A stretch of 64,000 nucleotides of DNA, from assembly GCA_951406725.2 (NCBI GenBank), contig OX597819.1, positions 62,310,001-62,374,000 of the forward strand, read 5' to 3'. Shown here one piece after another: positions 28,386 to 42,084 of this stretch (position 1 is the first letter of the stretch; every line of letters starts with the position of its first letter). Source of the DNA: Octopus vulgaris (lineage: Eukaryota). The notes under the pieces are model-generated. The model did no database searches, had not been told where the DNA came from, and saw only the letters and a list, made by a program, of their open reading frames with translations. Both the position numbers and the translations under genes were made by a program.

Positions 28386-29641
28386 ATTTCAAGAAAGGGA
28401 GCCGCGAAGACCCGCTTAACTACCGACCGGTTTCCCTTACTTCAATAATCAGCAAGATGTTCGAAACCATCTTTAAGAAAAGTATGTTGCTCCACCTCCA
28501 AAACACAGCCTCTATCTCTGATTCCCAACACGGCTTCGTGCCGAAGAGATCATGCTTGACCAACTTACTGGTAATGGAAGAATTGGTGACGCGTATCCTT
28601 GATGATGGTGATGCTGTTGACATCGTTTTATTGGACTTTGCCAAAGTTTTTGACTCGGTAAACCACCGCCTATTACTTGTCAAGATTCATGCATATAGCC
28701 TCCATCCAGATATTGTACGATGGGTTGGTGCCTTCCTCTCAGATCGCTCCTTCCAAGTCCAAGTTAATGGTTCGCTGTCCGACGTCTCCAGTGCGAGCAG
28801 TGGCGTGCCTCAAGGTTCAGTGCTTGGGCCCTTATTGTTCTTAGTCTTCATAAATGACTTGCCCGACGACCTCACGCAACATACCCTTCTATTTGCCGAT
28901 GATGTCAAACTGGTCGCTCCTCGCGGTGATATAGATGATCTTCGTCGATGCCTCCACCAAGTTTGGAGATGGTCTAACGAATGGGACCTGTGTCTGAACG
29001 TGTCAAAGTGCTGTCATCTGCCTGTTGGCTCTTCTCCTGCAACTCAACTTGATTTCGGGCCGGGTCGTCTGCTGCTGGAGAGGACCGACCAGGTAAAGGA
29101 CCTGGGTATCTTGGTGGATTCTTCCTTTTCGCCTTCGGCCCAGTGCGTCCATGCTGCCAACAAAGCACGCGGAGTTCTGTTTTTGATTCGACGGTCATTG
29201 GGAATGCTCACAGCAGCCATATTCCTACCGCTCTATGTCACGCTGGTGAGACCCATATTGGAGTACGGGATTCAAGCCTCTTCTCCTTATCTCCTCAAAG
29301 ACATACATCATCTCGAAAGAGTCCAGAAGCTGGCTACCCGCATGGTTCTTGGTCTCAAGCATTTGTCTTATGAAGAAAGGCTGAAGACGCTCGACCTTTA
29401 TTCTCTAGAAAAACGACGACGCCGTGGTGATCTTATTCTTGCTCACAACATCATAAGCGGAAAGTGTAACCTCTCGAAAGAGCTGTTCTTCACTCCTGCT
29501 CCAGAGCGTCGGCTGCGGGGTCACTCCGAAAAGCTCTATCTGCGACGATTTCATCTCAATCGAAGGAGAGGGGCTTTCTCCGTCCGGGTTGCGGATCTGT
29601 GGAATAAGCTGCCGGACGAGATAGTGAAGATGCCGACGACC
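28386..29641 (+). mobile_element. 5'-truncated CR1-like LINE with an uninterrupted RT-coding segment (~418 codons)
   Basis: [23 protein letters not shown]...[73 protein letters not shown]. The N-terminal part of ORF 28037-29644 is microsatellite read-through. Confidence 0.93.
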
Positions 29642-29680
29642 TGAAGATGAACATACGTATATATACATATATATATATAC

Positions 29681-29732
<52 letters not shown>

Positions 29733-29789
29733 GTATATATATAATTCATATATGCATATGTATAGATATATGTGTATGTATATACATAT

Positions 29790-29961
29790 GTTAAGTTAAG
29801 TTAAGTTAATTTTGGGGCTCAAAAATCAAAAAGCAAGGTCATGTAGGGGGATATGGAGTTATGTACAGGGTGGTGTTCATGCAACGAGTTCAGGTCATTT
29901 CTGGTCAAGAGAGACTTTGAACCGAGCGGTCGTCGGCATCTTCACTATCTCGTCCGGCAGC

Positions 29962-29964
<3 letters not shown>
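29790..29964 (-). mobile_element. Inverted 3' end of the same CR1-like family with a (TTAAC)n tail
   Basis: Reverse complement begins with the same 37 bp as 29605-29641, continues ARFKVSLDQK and ends AATTAACTTAACTTAACTTAAC. Confidence 0.88.
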
Positions 29965-29992
<28 letters not shown>

Positions 29993-30264
29993 CATACATA
30001 CATACATACATACATACATACATACATACATAGGTATACTCAGACATGCGGGAAGTAAAAAGACACCTTCAATTTTCAAAATTTCTGATCTAAGCTAAGT
30101 AAAGTGAGGCGTGTATTATTATGCGAACAAATGCGGAAAAAAAAAATCAGCGGGAGAAAATTTCATTGAAATGGTGTAACTCTGAAAACGAAGGATTGGG
30201 TTTAGAATTTGAGTAAATATTGGCAAGTGCACCCGCACACGTTTCTCTAAAAAAAAACCTCGGA

Positions 30265-30765
30265 GTTTTGCATGGAATCAAGTAACCTGATCCCCTAATG
30301 TGCCAATGTGCCGCAAACCCATTGCTTTTGTTCGGAAAAAAGGGTGGGAGGGGGAAGAGGAAATTGCCCTCCCCCCAATCCCGGCATCATTGGAAATTTT
30401 TTTTCGTTGAATGAAATACGGTGACCTCCTAGTATGCCACAAAAACCGTTTTTTTTTGTCCGGAAAACGGGGGATGGGGTGGGGTGGAACTCTCGAAAAT
30501 TTTACCCACCCCACCTCCAACATTTTATAGAAATACGTTTTCAAGAGTGTGGATTAGATGGTTCGTTATTAAATATATATTTACTAGTTGGTACTATGTG
30601 AATTAATATATTAACGTCTATATTGTGTGTATTTTATGCTAAAAATATTTCCAATGATTCTGAGATGGGGGGAGGGTTCCGATTTCCCACCCCCACTTTT
30701 TCCAAACAAAAACAAGGTGTTTGTGGTACATTAGGAGGTCAGGGTACTTGATTCCACGCAAAAAA
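30265..30765. mobile_element. Degenerate foldback/MITE-like element
   Basis: TTTTGCATGGAATCAAGTAACCTGATCCCCTAATGTGCCA (~30266) is inverted at TGGTACATTAGGAGGTCAGGGTACTTGATTCCACGCAAAA (~30724). Internal G/C-run subrepeats. Confidence 0.55.
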
Positions 30766-31717
30766 TCCAAGTTTTTTTTTCTTTTTTTTTTACTACAAAG
30801 GATAAACATCTCCGATCTTCCATTTTTTTGTAGTTTTCTTGAAATAATACAAAGTATTTCTTCCTTAAGCAGAGTCTACAGCATAAATTTAAACGATATC
30901 TACCATGGATATATATGCCGGAGTGGTCAATATGTGACCATTTGAATATTCTATGACACTAATTCTTTTACTACTCTAACCAAAAATTTAATGAAGTTTA
31001 ATTCCATATAAAAATAAATTTGAATAACCAGTGCCATTCAAAGAAATTTAGTTCTCTACATTTGTAAACAAATATCATCTCTATATTCACGTGAAGATAC
31101 GTTAAATAGTGTCTTGTTTTTAAAATTTTGTTTTATTTGATTTTCCTGTAAAATTCTGTTGCTCTACAGTATCTTATTAGCATCCATTATTGTATTCGAA
31201 CATTTTTACTGTATATTTGCAATATACTAAAATTCCAGCTCCATTTTTCAAAATCGTCCGAAGTACGGCAACGAGAGGCTCAAAATAATATTTTGCTTCA
31301 ACTTCCAATATTGAATATTCCCCTTTCTCTCTTGCTAACATAGAAGTGTTTATAACTGTCTGTCTGTTGCCCGTCTCTGTCTGTCTGTCTATCTACAGTT
31401 CTATACATACATACATACATACATACATACATACATACATACATACATACATACAGGCATACATAAACACATCCAAAAAAGCACACTCATATGACTATTG
31501 GTAAGGATAATACAAATACACACAAGCATAATGAGGCGGTCGTGCATATATACACACACATATATATATACAAACATACAAACATGTATATATATACGTA
31601 TATATGTATATATATTGTATATATATACGTGTATATATATACTTATATATGTATATATGTACATATATATATACATATAGGTATATGTATATATATATGA
31701 TATATATATTTATTATA

Positions 31718-31748
<31 letters not shown>

Positions 31749-31761
31749 GTATATGTATATA

Positions 31762-31938
<177 letters not shown>

Positions 31939-32318
31939 ATGCATACATAGAAACCTACTGAAACACGCATACATACATGCATGCATACATAAATTCCTGA
32001 CAACTGGCAAGATCTCAGACGGATCTTTCACCAATCTCGTTTGTTTCGTCCCGAGTACATTATTAGATAATTTAATTAACCGCCGCCAAACAACAACAGC
32101 AGCAACAACAAAACAACTACCAAAATAACAGAAAGAACAACAAGCACAGCATTAAAAACAGCAGCAGCAGCAGCGGCGGCAATATAAGCAACAACACGAA
32201 GAACAAAAACCTCGACAGCAACGATTTCAAAAACAACAATATGAAGAAAAGAATCGTCAACAGCAGCAGTAGTAGCAGCATCATTAACAATGACAGTCAT
32301 AACAACTACAATAACCAT

Positions 32319-32350
<32 letters not shown>

Positions 32351-32663
32351 AAAACAAGAACAAAGAATCTAAGACGGTTCATATAAAAACTACGGAAGAA
32401 CCCAAAAAATATATGAAAAATGTTTTGCAAACAAAATCTCCAAAATACGACCATGTTTACAATTTATGTAACTTCCATAAGCACCACCAGCATGACCCTG
32501 GGTATCTCTGTTATCGTAACCTTCACCGTCGCTACCAACATAATACCATCTTAACTATCATCACCCCCACTTTCCCCGTTATCGTCTGCACCTTCATATA
32601 TTTAAGTGTATTTAAGGTCTACTGAGACACACACACACAGATATATATATACACATATATATA

Positions 32664-32732
<69 letters not shown>

Positions 32733-32741
32733 TACATACAT

Positions 32742-32811
<70 letters not shown>

Positions 32812-33249
32812 TCACGCACACACGCACGAACACGTACAGATGTATGAAACGCCTGATGATAAAAAATAAGAAAATGAAGTCGGGCCGACAGATGCCAGAG
32901 TTTGGATAAACAGAGAGCAGTTGAGCTAAGTTGTTAATAAACGCCAGATAACCCACCCAACTTTCCCACGGCTACCGCCATTAGCGCACTAATGCCGCTA
33001 TCAAGACTGCTACCGACATGGCCACCCTTTACTAATACCAGTACAGTTACTATGTTCACTACATAATAAATAAATGCACATCAATGATAAAAATAAAAAG
33101 AACTAAGTTTAATGACGAGAAACAGTGGCACGTTTTCTTAACGTGGTTTGAACCATAAAATTTACACCTGGTTTAGATGAAGTTTGGAAGTCATTTGACA
33201 AATCGGATTTTCTTAAAATTTCTACTAGTGTGCATGTATATATATGCAT

Positions 33250-33500
33250 TTATTACCTCCGCCTCCGTCTTAGCAAAGGCGGAGGTATTGTTTACAGTCA
33301 CGTTTGCTTGTTTGTTTGTCCGTGGACAAGATATCTCAGGAAACGATGGATGGATTCGGGTTCATTTTTAATATTCTCGTTTGTGACAGCAGTCGAGTTT
33401 ATTTCAGGTATTCTCATTTTAAAAATCGTTTCTGGCTAATCGTTGAGAGGACGTTGGTGTTGTCTTGGCAGAGGTTGGCGCTCTCTGAGTGCTCTTGTTA
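33250..33500 (+). mobile_element. Helentron-associated non-autonomous element (HINE/DINE-1-like)
   Basis: 5' hairpin TACCTCCGCC...GGCGGAGGTA, a (TGTT)n tract, subterminal IR GGCAGAGGT, then a 3' hairpin GCGCTCTCTGAGTGC and a T-rich end. Confidence 0.65.
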
Positions 33501-34024
33501 TAATAATTTCAAATTATTGTACAAGGCCAGCAAGGGGAAGGGGTAAGTTGATTACATCAACACCAGTGCTCAAATGGTACTTATTTTATCGACCCAGAAA
33601 AAAATGAAAGGCAAAATCGACCTCGCCGGATCTCGAACGTGGAGACAGACAAAATGCCACTGAGCAATTTTCCCGGTGCGCTAACGATTCTGTCAGATCA
33701 TCGCCTTATTATTCTGTTATAACAGATAATAAAGACTGTTTTTCTATGACTATAAATTTCATGCTTAACAGGGTAGTCATCAGAGGGAAATGAAAATGAT
33801 TCATGTAAGTTATTTTCTACCGAGAAGTGGCTATATTTTAGTGGGTTTTATCGATCTTTGTTGGACGTGCGTATGATGAAACGCTAGCAGAAGAAACTTT
33901 CAGCTAATACAGCGGAGTAATATCAATGACGGCAGCTCATGTATTGATATCGATTCCAAATTCTCATTGATGTTTTGCCTATCTGGAGATAGCATAGGAT
34001 ACGAGAACAGGCACTCATTCGATT

Positions 34025-34386
34025 AAGTATCATGGTACTCCGTCGATTACGGCGACGAGGGTTCCAGTTGATCCGATCAACGGAACAGCCTGCTCGTGAA
34101 ATTAACGTGCATTTGGTTAAGCACTCCAAAGACAAGTTCTTGGGGAGATTCAGCGTAACAAAGAGTGTGACAAGGCTGGTCATTTGAAATAAAGGTATAA
34201 CAGAAACAGAAAGAAAGAATGAGAGAAAGTTGTGGTGGAAGAGTACAGCAGGGTTCGCCACCCCCACCTGCCAGAGCCTCGTGGAGATTTGCTCAATAAA
34301 CACTCACAACGCCCGGTCTGAGAATCGAAACTGTGATCCTAAGACCGCGAGTCCGCTGCACTAACCACTGGGCTATTGCGCCTCCA
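34025..34386 (-). mobile_element. Family C tRNA-derived SINE
   Basis: Reverse complement of the 52585-52967 element. Confidence 0.8.
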
Positions 34387-34754
34387 CTGATTGGGTATAG
34401 ACGGTACCAAATCATACTTCACGAAGGAAAAGTGTAGGCAGATCACAGAATATAGATAAACACTGAAGTGTGTGCAGAAATTATCAGTAATTTGATCTGG
34501 AAATGAGTTCGATTATTGTTTGCAAAACCAAAGCGGTCCAGTAAGTAAGATTATCGCAAAAACAATTAAGCAGATCAAGATATGGTTCCTGGACAGATGT
34601 AGCAAAACCAGAAGATTACACCAAAGGCATGCAATGCCTAAAGACGTCGCATTGCGTGTCCAGGATGGAAGAGATATCTCATTCAATAATGATTTAATTC
34701 GCTGCTGCACTTTATATTTAAACAAAAAGAATTCATTTTCTAAACAATGATAAT

Positions 34755-35120
34755 GCTCAAAGAGCCATGGAGAGGTCAATGCTTGGAATCTCGTTGAGAA
34801 AGCATATCAGTAGCGAGATCATCAGAGAGAAGTCCGGCGTGAGGGATGTCATCGTAGAATATACACGCATCAAGTTTAGATGGGCTGGACACGTCACCCG
34901 GCTCACCGATAATCGGTGGACCCGCGCAGTTGTCGAGTGGTACTTGCGCGAGCGTAAACGACCACTCAGAAGGCCTCCACCACGGTGGAGTTACGATTTC
35001 AGGAGGGCGACTGGGTTCGCTTGGATGAGAAAGGCACGATCCAGAGAGGAGTGGACAGCGTGCTGGGACCAGCGATGCCAAATGGACGCCCGACGGACTG
35101 GTCAGTCAAGGTGATGAAGG

Positions 35121-35124
<4 letters not shown>
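34755..35124 (+). mobile_element. RTE-clade LINE 3' end
   Basis: AQRAMERSMLGISLR...KFRWAGHV.R..DNRWT...EW...RKRP..RPP.RW, then a GGTGATGAA tail repeat. Confidence 0.85.
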
Positions 35125-35180
<56 letters not shown>

Positions 35181-35246
35181 ATATATATATAGCATAATCA
35201 TCATCATCGTTTAACGTCCGCTTTCCATACTGGCATGGGTTGGGCG

Positions 35247-35280
<34 letters not shown>

Positions 35281-35283
<3 letters not shown>

Positions 35284-36136
35284 GGTGTCCATAAAGTCTC
35301 TCTATAATTAAAAAAAATTATTACATAGGCAGTTGACGAGATATTTTAACCAGATTTATTTTATGTTAATAATTGTTTATTAAAGTTCTTTTTTATATTA
35401 AATGTTTGTGTTTCAGATACTCTGTTGATGGAAGGGAACTGATTCACTGAACTCCTATAAAATGGCTACTCCTCATGAAAAGGCACAATGTGTATCCTGG
35501 TTTATTGAAACAAAATTGGATGTTCAGACTCAACGAAACTACAGAACTAAGTTTGGAAGAGATCCACAATTGCGTCCTTCAATTCGTGCATGTGTGGTAT
35601 GGAATCAAGTGCAATCGAATAATTTTTCTTCAACGAGGCGGCAATTACTGAAGATGTTTACCTTGACCTTCTGACCGAATATGTGGCACCACAACTGATT
35701 GATTTACAACCAACCATCATTTTCCAGCAAGATGTTGCATCATCACATTGGGGACGGCATGTTCGTCAGTTCTTCAATCAAACATTTCCAGACTGATGGA
35801 TTGGAAGGGATAGGCCAATTCCATGGCCACCGCGTTCGCCAGATATCACTCCCTTGGACTTCGTTTTATGGGGTTATGTAAAAGATATCGTGTAAAAGAT
35901 ATCATAATGCCATTGCCACCGTTGATGAGGCTACCCTACAGCGAACATGGCAAGAAATCGAGTACCATCTTGATGTGCTTCGCGCAACTAATGGTGCTCA
36001 TATTGAGGTCTATTAAATAACAGTTAAAAAACTTCAATAAACAATTATTACAATAAAACAAATCTGGTGAAGATATCTTGTCAATTGCCTTTGTAATAAA
36101 ATTTTAAAACTGTAAAGAGACTTTATGGACACCCTG
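35281..36136 (+). mobile_element. Internally deleted Tc1/mariner-superfamily element with ~105-bp TIRs
   Basis: TA|CAGGGTGTCCATAAAGTCTCT ... AGAGACTTTATGGACACCCTG|TA. Encodes MATPHEKAQCVSWFIETK...QRNYR, FQQD and WPPRSPDITPLDF.LWGYVK. Confidence 0.88.
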
Positions 36137-36319
36137 TATATATAAATACGCCCAATTTTTACCAAATAAATACGTTTTATTTATTATTTTGCACATTACT
36201 TAATCATTAGTATATGTTTTTATTTTATATTTCATTTTTTCTATAGGTTGTAATTTTTTTCTATATAGTATAATTTAATTTTTTCATTACTGAATTGATA
36301 AAAGGTGTTTTTTTTTCTA

Positions 36320-36376
<57 letters not shown>

Positions 36377-37206
36377 TATAAAGGTTATGTATGCATATAT
36401 TTTCAGGAGAGCATTGAACTTAAGTTCTCTAACCTTAAACCCAGCCGCATAACCATTATCATCGCCACGAACAACAACACCATCACCACCGACACAGCTG
36501 GTATCAGTAGTCTTTTCCCTATCATCTTTTGACATATCTATTTATACAAATCACACCAGTAAGAGCGAAACTACCAATGCCAAACCATTCCCACTACTAA
36601 TACATGTCAACCTTTTCCTCCCCCCCCATTCTTCTAATCATAATTTTCATAATTTTCTAAAATAACCACCATAAATATCGTCGTCGTCATAATCATCATC
36701 ATCATCATCATCATCATCGTGGTTGTCGTCTCTTTTATATGGTAACTTAAAAACTATATTAAAGGGAAATTATTATTAGATTAGAAATTACGTCAGCAGA
36801 AGTAAGGACATTGGGGCACGGCCCGAATTGTGGTTTGATGGTTTCCGTCTACAGTGTCTCAACAGATGCAAGAACTGCATTTGGTTCGTAATAAGGGCCT
36901 CTGAGGAGCAAACATAACTTATTAAAAACAACACGTGGAAGTTATGTTATATCTCGGGAGGGCCATTATACAACAATAAACACACGCACTGGTTCTATTT
37001 CACTTGTATGTTTTATTTTTCAGTCAAATTGGTTAACCATTCAATTAGTTATCTAATCAGTTCTTAGATTAATCGTTCGGTCAATCGATCAGCAAAATTT
37101 GTCAATGTCCTTTCGTCGCTATTTGCAATCTCGTTAATGACATACTCTCTCAGCTCCAGGTCGGGCAAATTCCACATGTATGTATGTATGTATGTATGTA
37201 TGTATG

Positions 37207-37238
<32 letters not shown>

Positions 37239-37370
37239 GGTATGTATACACACACAAGCACGCACGCGCGCGCACACACACACATACACACACACACAAA
37301 GACGCACACACACATTAACATACATATTTATATATATATATATACATCTGCACCATCGGATGCTCTAGAG

Positions 37371-39722
37371 CAGTGATTCCCAAGGTGGGGCCTGAGAAAA
37401 TTCAGGTGGGGCGCGGGGCATAGACGTGGGCTGTGAAAATATTTGTACATGACGAGCGGTCATCGCGGGCACAACCTTAGATTCCGTCTTTCCTTTGAAG
37501 CCTCCACATCGGAAACTCTCGCACCCCAGCGAGACAAAGAAGATCCCGCACTGAGCAATAAACTTACTATTCAGATAAGCCAATCAATTGCCTCAATTAG
37601 TTTGCCTCAATTAGTCTTTTGTTAGCCCTATTGAAAATGAGCAAACCAAACAAGAAGACTCGTCAATATGCGGTGGAGTTTTTGAAGTTTGGATTCATTC
37701 CTGATGAGCATGATGAGCGTAAACCGTTTTGCTTATTATGTAATCAGACGATGAGCAATGAGTCAATGAAGGCAGGTAGGCTGGAAGCGCACTTAAAGGT
37801 AAGACATCCTAATAATTCTAATTTAGATTTGGAATACTTCAAATCATTGAAAGAAAAATTTAAAAACCGAACAAAACTCACTTCACTATTTCATGCAAAA
37901 CAAGCGCCTCATACTCGTGCCCTTGAAGCCAGCTACGAAATCTCCTTGCTTATAGCAAAACATGGAAAGAATCACACTATTGGAGAGCAACTGATTAAAC
38001 CTGCTATCTCAATATTCTTAAAAACTGTATTACAAAAAGATGATGGAGATATCAGGACTATGCCACTCAGTAATAACACTGTCTCGAACAGAATAGATGA
38101 AATGGGGCAAGATGTTGAAAGCCAGCTCATTGAGAAATTAAAATTGCGTAAGTTTTCATTACAAATGGACGAATCCACAATCCGGGACAGTGAGGCTCTG
38201 TTATTGACTTATGTGAGGTATATTGACCACGAGGAGTTTCAGGAAGAGATGCTGTTCTGCGAATCGTTTGAAACCACCACAACTGCAAATGATATTTACA
38301 TCAAAATCAAACATTATTTGGATGCAAACAAAATACCAAAGGAAAACTTACTGGCATGTGCGGCAGACGGTGCACCTGCCATGATGGGCAAGAATACGGG
38401 ATGCTTAAAAATGATGAAGGATGAAAATCCAAACATGTTGACTGTCCATTGTGTAATACACCGAGAAAACTTGGTTGCCAAGAAATTGTCCCCTGTTCTT
38501 AACAAGATTCTTCAAAGTGTGATCAAGTGTGTCAACAGCATTAAAAGAAATTCTAAATCTGAACGTCTTTTTAAGCAGTTTTGTATAAATCAAAGTGCCG
38601 AACATGTTCGATTATTGCTTCATACAGAAGTAAGATGGCTATCAAGTGGAAACTGCTTAAAGAGGTTCATGGAATTATTTGATCAGATTAACGACTTTCT
38701 TAGTGATAAATGTGAAATGAAATTGCTGTCAACAACGGATGGAAAAGCATTTGTCAGTTATTTGACAGACATATTTGAGAAACTTGGAAACTTGAATAAA
38801 CAACTTCAAGGTGCAAACATGACACTTATTGATGCAAAAGCAAAGATTTTTGGATTTATTACAGCTCTCGAATTTTGGAAAAAGAAATTTTCCAAAAGAA
38901 ATTTCAGTGAACTTTACTGGTCGAGTAAATGTGAAATAACGAATGATGCTGGCATTGTAATTATTGATCATTTAAATATCTTGATAAAGGATTTCAATGA
39001 CAGATTTTGCGATTTAAAGGCAATGAATTTTCCTTCTTGGTTAACTCAACCGCTTCTGATTAACGTTTCTGATGCTACAATCCAATACCAAGAAGAGTTA
39101 TCAGAATTACAACATGATGAATCAGTGAAGACTTTGTTTAAATTGAAAGGTACAAAGATGTGGCTATATGACGAGGTTGAAAGAAAATATCCTAAAATTT
39201 CTACATCAGCGAGAGAGCTACTGATTCCTTTCCCTTCGTCTTATTTGGTCGAATGTGGTTTTAGTGCAGTTGATAATTTGCTCGAAGCCAAGAGAAACCG
39301 GCTTGAGATTACAAAACGTGGCGATTTACGACTGAAATTAACAAAGTTGTCTCCTCAAATTAAAAACTTGTGCTGTATGCATCAGGCACAGGGTTCTCAC
39401 TAAATTAGTCGAGCTGACCGTCAAATAATTGAACTGAAAAAACGTGTTTCTTTATTCTTTATAAATTGACATTTTTTAAAAACATGAGAAATCGTAATAA
39501 TTTTATCGATTTATTGGGTGTTATGCACTTTCAGTGCCTGTTGTTTTAATTCTCAAACTATTTTTTTGTATTTTGAATACAATTTTTTAATTTTTGATTT
39601 TTTTTCAATTGTAAGTAGGCCCACATGTACTTGTAAATGTGAGTGGACATGGGAAAAGGTGGGGCGTAAAAACTTTTGCTATGAAAAAGTGGGGCGCCGG
39701 GAAAAAAGGTTGGGAAACACTG
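37371..39722 (+). mobile_element. Complete Buster/Charlie-type hAT DNA transposon
   Basis: Perfect 8-bp TSD CTCTAGAG at 37363-37370 and 39723-39730. TIRs CAGTGATTCCCAA / TTGGGAAACACTG. Repeated GTGGGG(CG) subterminal motifs at both ends. Confidence 0.96.
37637..39403 (+). CDS. Intact hAT (Buster-family) transposase, 588 aa
   Basis: BED finger (CLLC...HLKVRH), catalytic D in QMDEST, D in AADGAPAM, CVIH (CxxH), VRW, E in SSYLVECGFS, C-terminal RNRL...GDLRLKLT...QGSH. No stops or frameshifts. Confidence 0.95.
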   Translation: MSKPNKKTRQYAVEFLKFGFIPDEHDERKPFCLLCNQTMSNESMKAGRLEAHLKVRHPNNSNLDLEYFKSLKEKFKNRTKLTSLFHAKQAPHTRALEASYEISLLIAKHGKNHTIGEQLIKPAISIFLKTVLQKDDGDIRTMPLSNNTVSNRIDEMGQDVESQLIEKLKLRKFSLQMDESTIRDSEALLLTYVRYIDHEEFQEEMLFCESFETTTTANDIYIKIKHYLDANKIPKENLLACAADGAPAMMGKNTGCLKMMKDENPNMLTVHCVIHRENLVAKKLSPVLNKILQSVIKCVNSIKRNSKSERLFKQFCINQSAEHVRLLLHTEVRWLSSGNCLKRFMELFDQINDFLSDKCEMKLLSTTDGKAFVSYLTDIFEKLGNLNKQLQGANMTLIDAKAKIFGFITALEFWKKKFSKRNFSELYWSSKCEITNDAGIVIIDHLNILIKDFNDRFCDLKAMNFPSWLTQPLLINVSDATIQYQEELSELQHDESVKTLFKLKGTKMWLYDEVERKYPKISTSARELLIPFPSSYLVECGFSAVDNLLEAKRNRLEITKRGDLRLKLTKLSPQIKNLCCMHQAQGSH

Positions 39723-40312
39723 CTCTAGAGCCAGTTGTTAAACATCCCATTTGTGTGGGATCGATACTAGATGTGTCGAAACAATTGTAGTGATTAATAA
39801 AAATTCTCGTATCTCTCATCTTCCGACTCTCTTTAACACACACACAGACATACACACACACACGCACGCACGCACGCAAAAAATAAAACTATTTTATTCC
39901 ACACGAGTAGAAATATAGTAAAATATATGTTGAAAATGCACTGAGAATACTTAAAATATTCTTTTATAGTTATATTTAACCGGTTTCATAGTTTTCGTGA
40001 TTTTCAAAAGATTCAAATAGAAACACCTGGCTTATGTCGCAGCTGTTTTGCTACTGACTAGTGTTTTGAACTTACCCTATATTCATAGGAAGTTCATGAC
40101 TCAAAGTAGTATATGTTTTGAGTAGAAATTGATTGGTAGAGGATAGTCACATGACTGGTCTTAGAAAGTTTAACAGGTTCCCCGCTACGTCCATGTATTA
40201 GTATCAAGTGGCAATGTCTGGCGTCGTAAGTTGAGGTTGACACGGTTGACTGAACACACCTAGTGACTACCAAATAATCAATGTTCTGAATGTTTTCTGT
40301 CAAGTGTTTGTA

Positions 40313-40400
<88 letters not shown>

Positions 40401-40424
40401 TATATATGTATACATACATATATA

Positions 40425-40478
<54 letters not shown>

Positions 40479-40998
40479 GCATACATACACACACAAATAT
40501 ATATATATAATTACATACACACACACACACATATATATATATGTATATGTATGTGTACACACAGCCAGGTACATATTTAAGAAATAGAAAGTTCAGGCGA
40601 ATACTAAGTTAACACTTCATACAAGATCTTAGCAGACAGAATGTGTAAGAAAATAAGAATTCTGCAAAAGAAAGAAACATTCTACTAATTCAAATAACAT
40701 GATATTACATACGAGCTATAAGTCCTAGGAAAAATACCGATTATCAGGTTGGTGCATTCCTTGCAGAGTATAAAAATAAGCAAACAATACAGATTTATAT
40801 CATTTGTATGTATAACTTATCATGAAGATTGATGCAAAAATTTCTGATTATTGAAACGATCGTAGCTGATTAAAAATTCTAATGCCGCCATCTTCATTCC
40901 TGTATTCTTTTATACATTGCGATAATAATCGGTATTTTTCTCAGGATATGTATGAAGAATGAACATGTGTGTGTATGTGTGAGCATAGTACATATATG

Positions 40999-41039
<41 letters not shown>

Positions 41040-41086
41040 ACACACACACAAGTGTATATATGTATGTATGAGTGTTTGTGCATATA

Positions 41087-41736
41087 TCTATATATATAAA
41101 ACTCAACTTGTGTGTCTGTCTGTGTGTTTAAATTCCCGGCACATCTCCTCCTAGCCAACAAATCGTAGAACCATCAAAAATGGGTCACTTAAAGTTTAGG
41201 CGAATGAACATTGAACTGCGCTCTTTTTGTTCCGAAATTCATTTCGCAAGTGCAAAAATCGATAATGTGTTTGTTTAGGCCTTATAGATTATAGATTAAA
41301 GTTTGAGCATTGAAGGAGGTAACTCTAGAAAAACTATCAATGTTAGAGAGTAGCCTCACTTGGAAGAAATAATGGCTGAGTGATAGAATGACATAAGATA
41401 GCGAGGGGAATGAGAGTGGTGTGAGGGGATAGGGGAAAGTAAGATATAAAAATGTTTAGTGAAAGGGAAACAGGCAACGAGAAACCATGGAGAATATGAG
41501 TAATACTGATCAAAAAGAATAATTCAGCAATGCAATTATTTGATCAACAAAAATTTATGAAACGCTTCTACGTACTTCCTATTGAGGAAATGGAACACAT
41601 AAGCGCTAAAATAGAGGGCATTAAATGGTTGATTTTAAAACCAAAAATAATTGAATTTTGATTGAACTTCATCCAAGTTTAGCTTAATTCGCGCGTGCAT
41701 AGAACGCACGAGCGCACGAGCCGGGCAATAGTGCTA

Positions 41737-41737
<1 letters not shown>
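41087..41737 (+). mobile_element. Non-autonomous Helitron
   Basis: A|TCTATATATATAAAA start and ...GCCGGGCAATAGTGCTAG|T end. The 5' sequence resembles the start of 49877-50173. Confidence 0.7.
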
Positions 41738-41812
<75 letters not shown>

Positions 41813-41857
41813 GCCATACAACGTGAACTGCTTCAATATAGATGAAAGAAAACTTAC

Positions 41858-42015
41858 CCAGAATCCTTTGTTCTCATAGTATGTCGTTTCTGTCTTCTTC
41901 CTCATTTTGTGATGTCGTTTCCATATAAGATATATCGATACACCAGCAATAATCAATATAATAATAACGCACAATGGTGTGGCAATTTTCATTGTTGTAT
42001 GATTGTCGGGAGTCA
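41858..42015 (-). CDS. Host-gene exon: transmembrane helix plus juxtamembrane tail
   Basis: Acceptor TTTTTCAG and donor GTAAGT. Encodes (V)TPDNHTTMKIATPLCVIIILIIAGVSIYLIWKRHHKMRKKTETTYYENKGFW, a hydrophobic span followed by a basic stop-transfer stretch. Confidence 0.8.
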
Positions 42016-42084
42016 CTGAAAAAGTGGAGTACAAAAAAAACTTAAATGTCATATTTTTTTTTGCTTCTTCAATAATATATATTC

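Noticed and set aside
37637-39403. Domesticated host gene (ZBED8/SCAND3-like)
   Set aside because: Intact TIRs and a perfect TSD indicate a transposon insertion, so no gene symbol was assigned.
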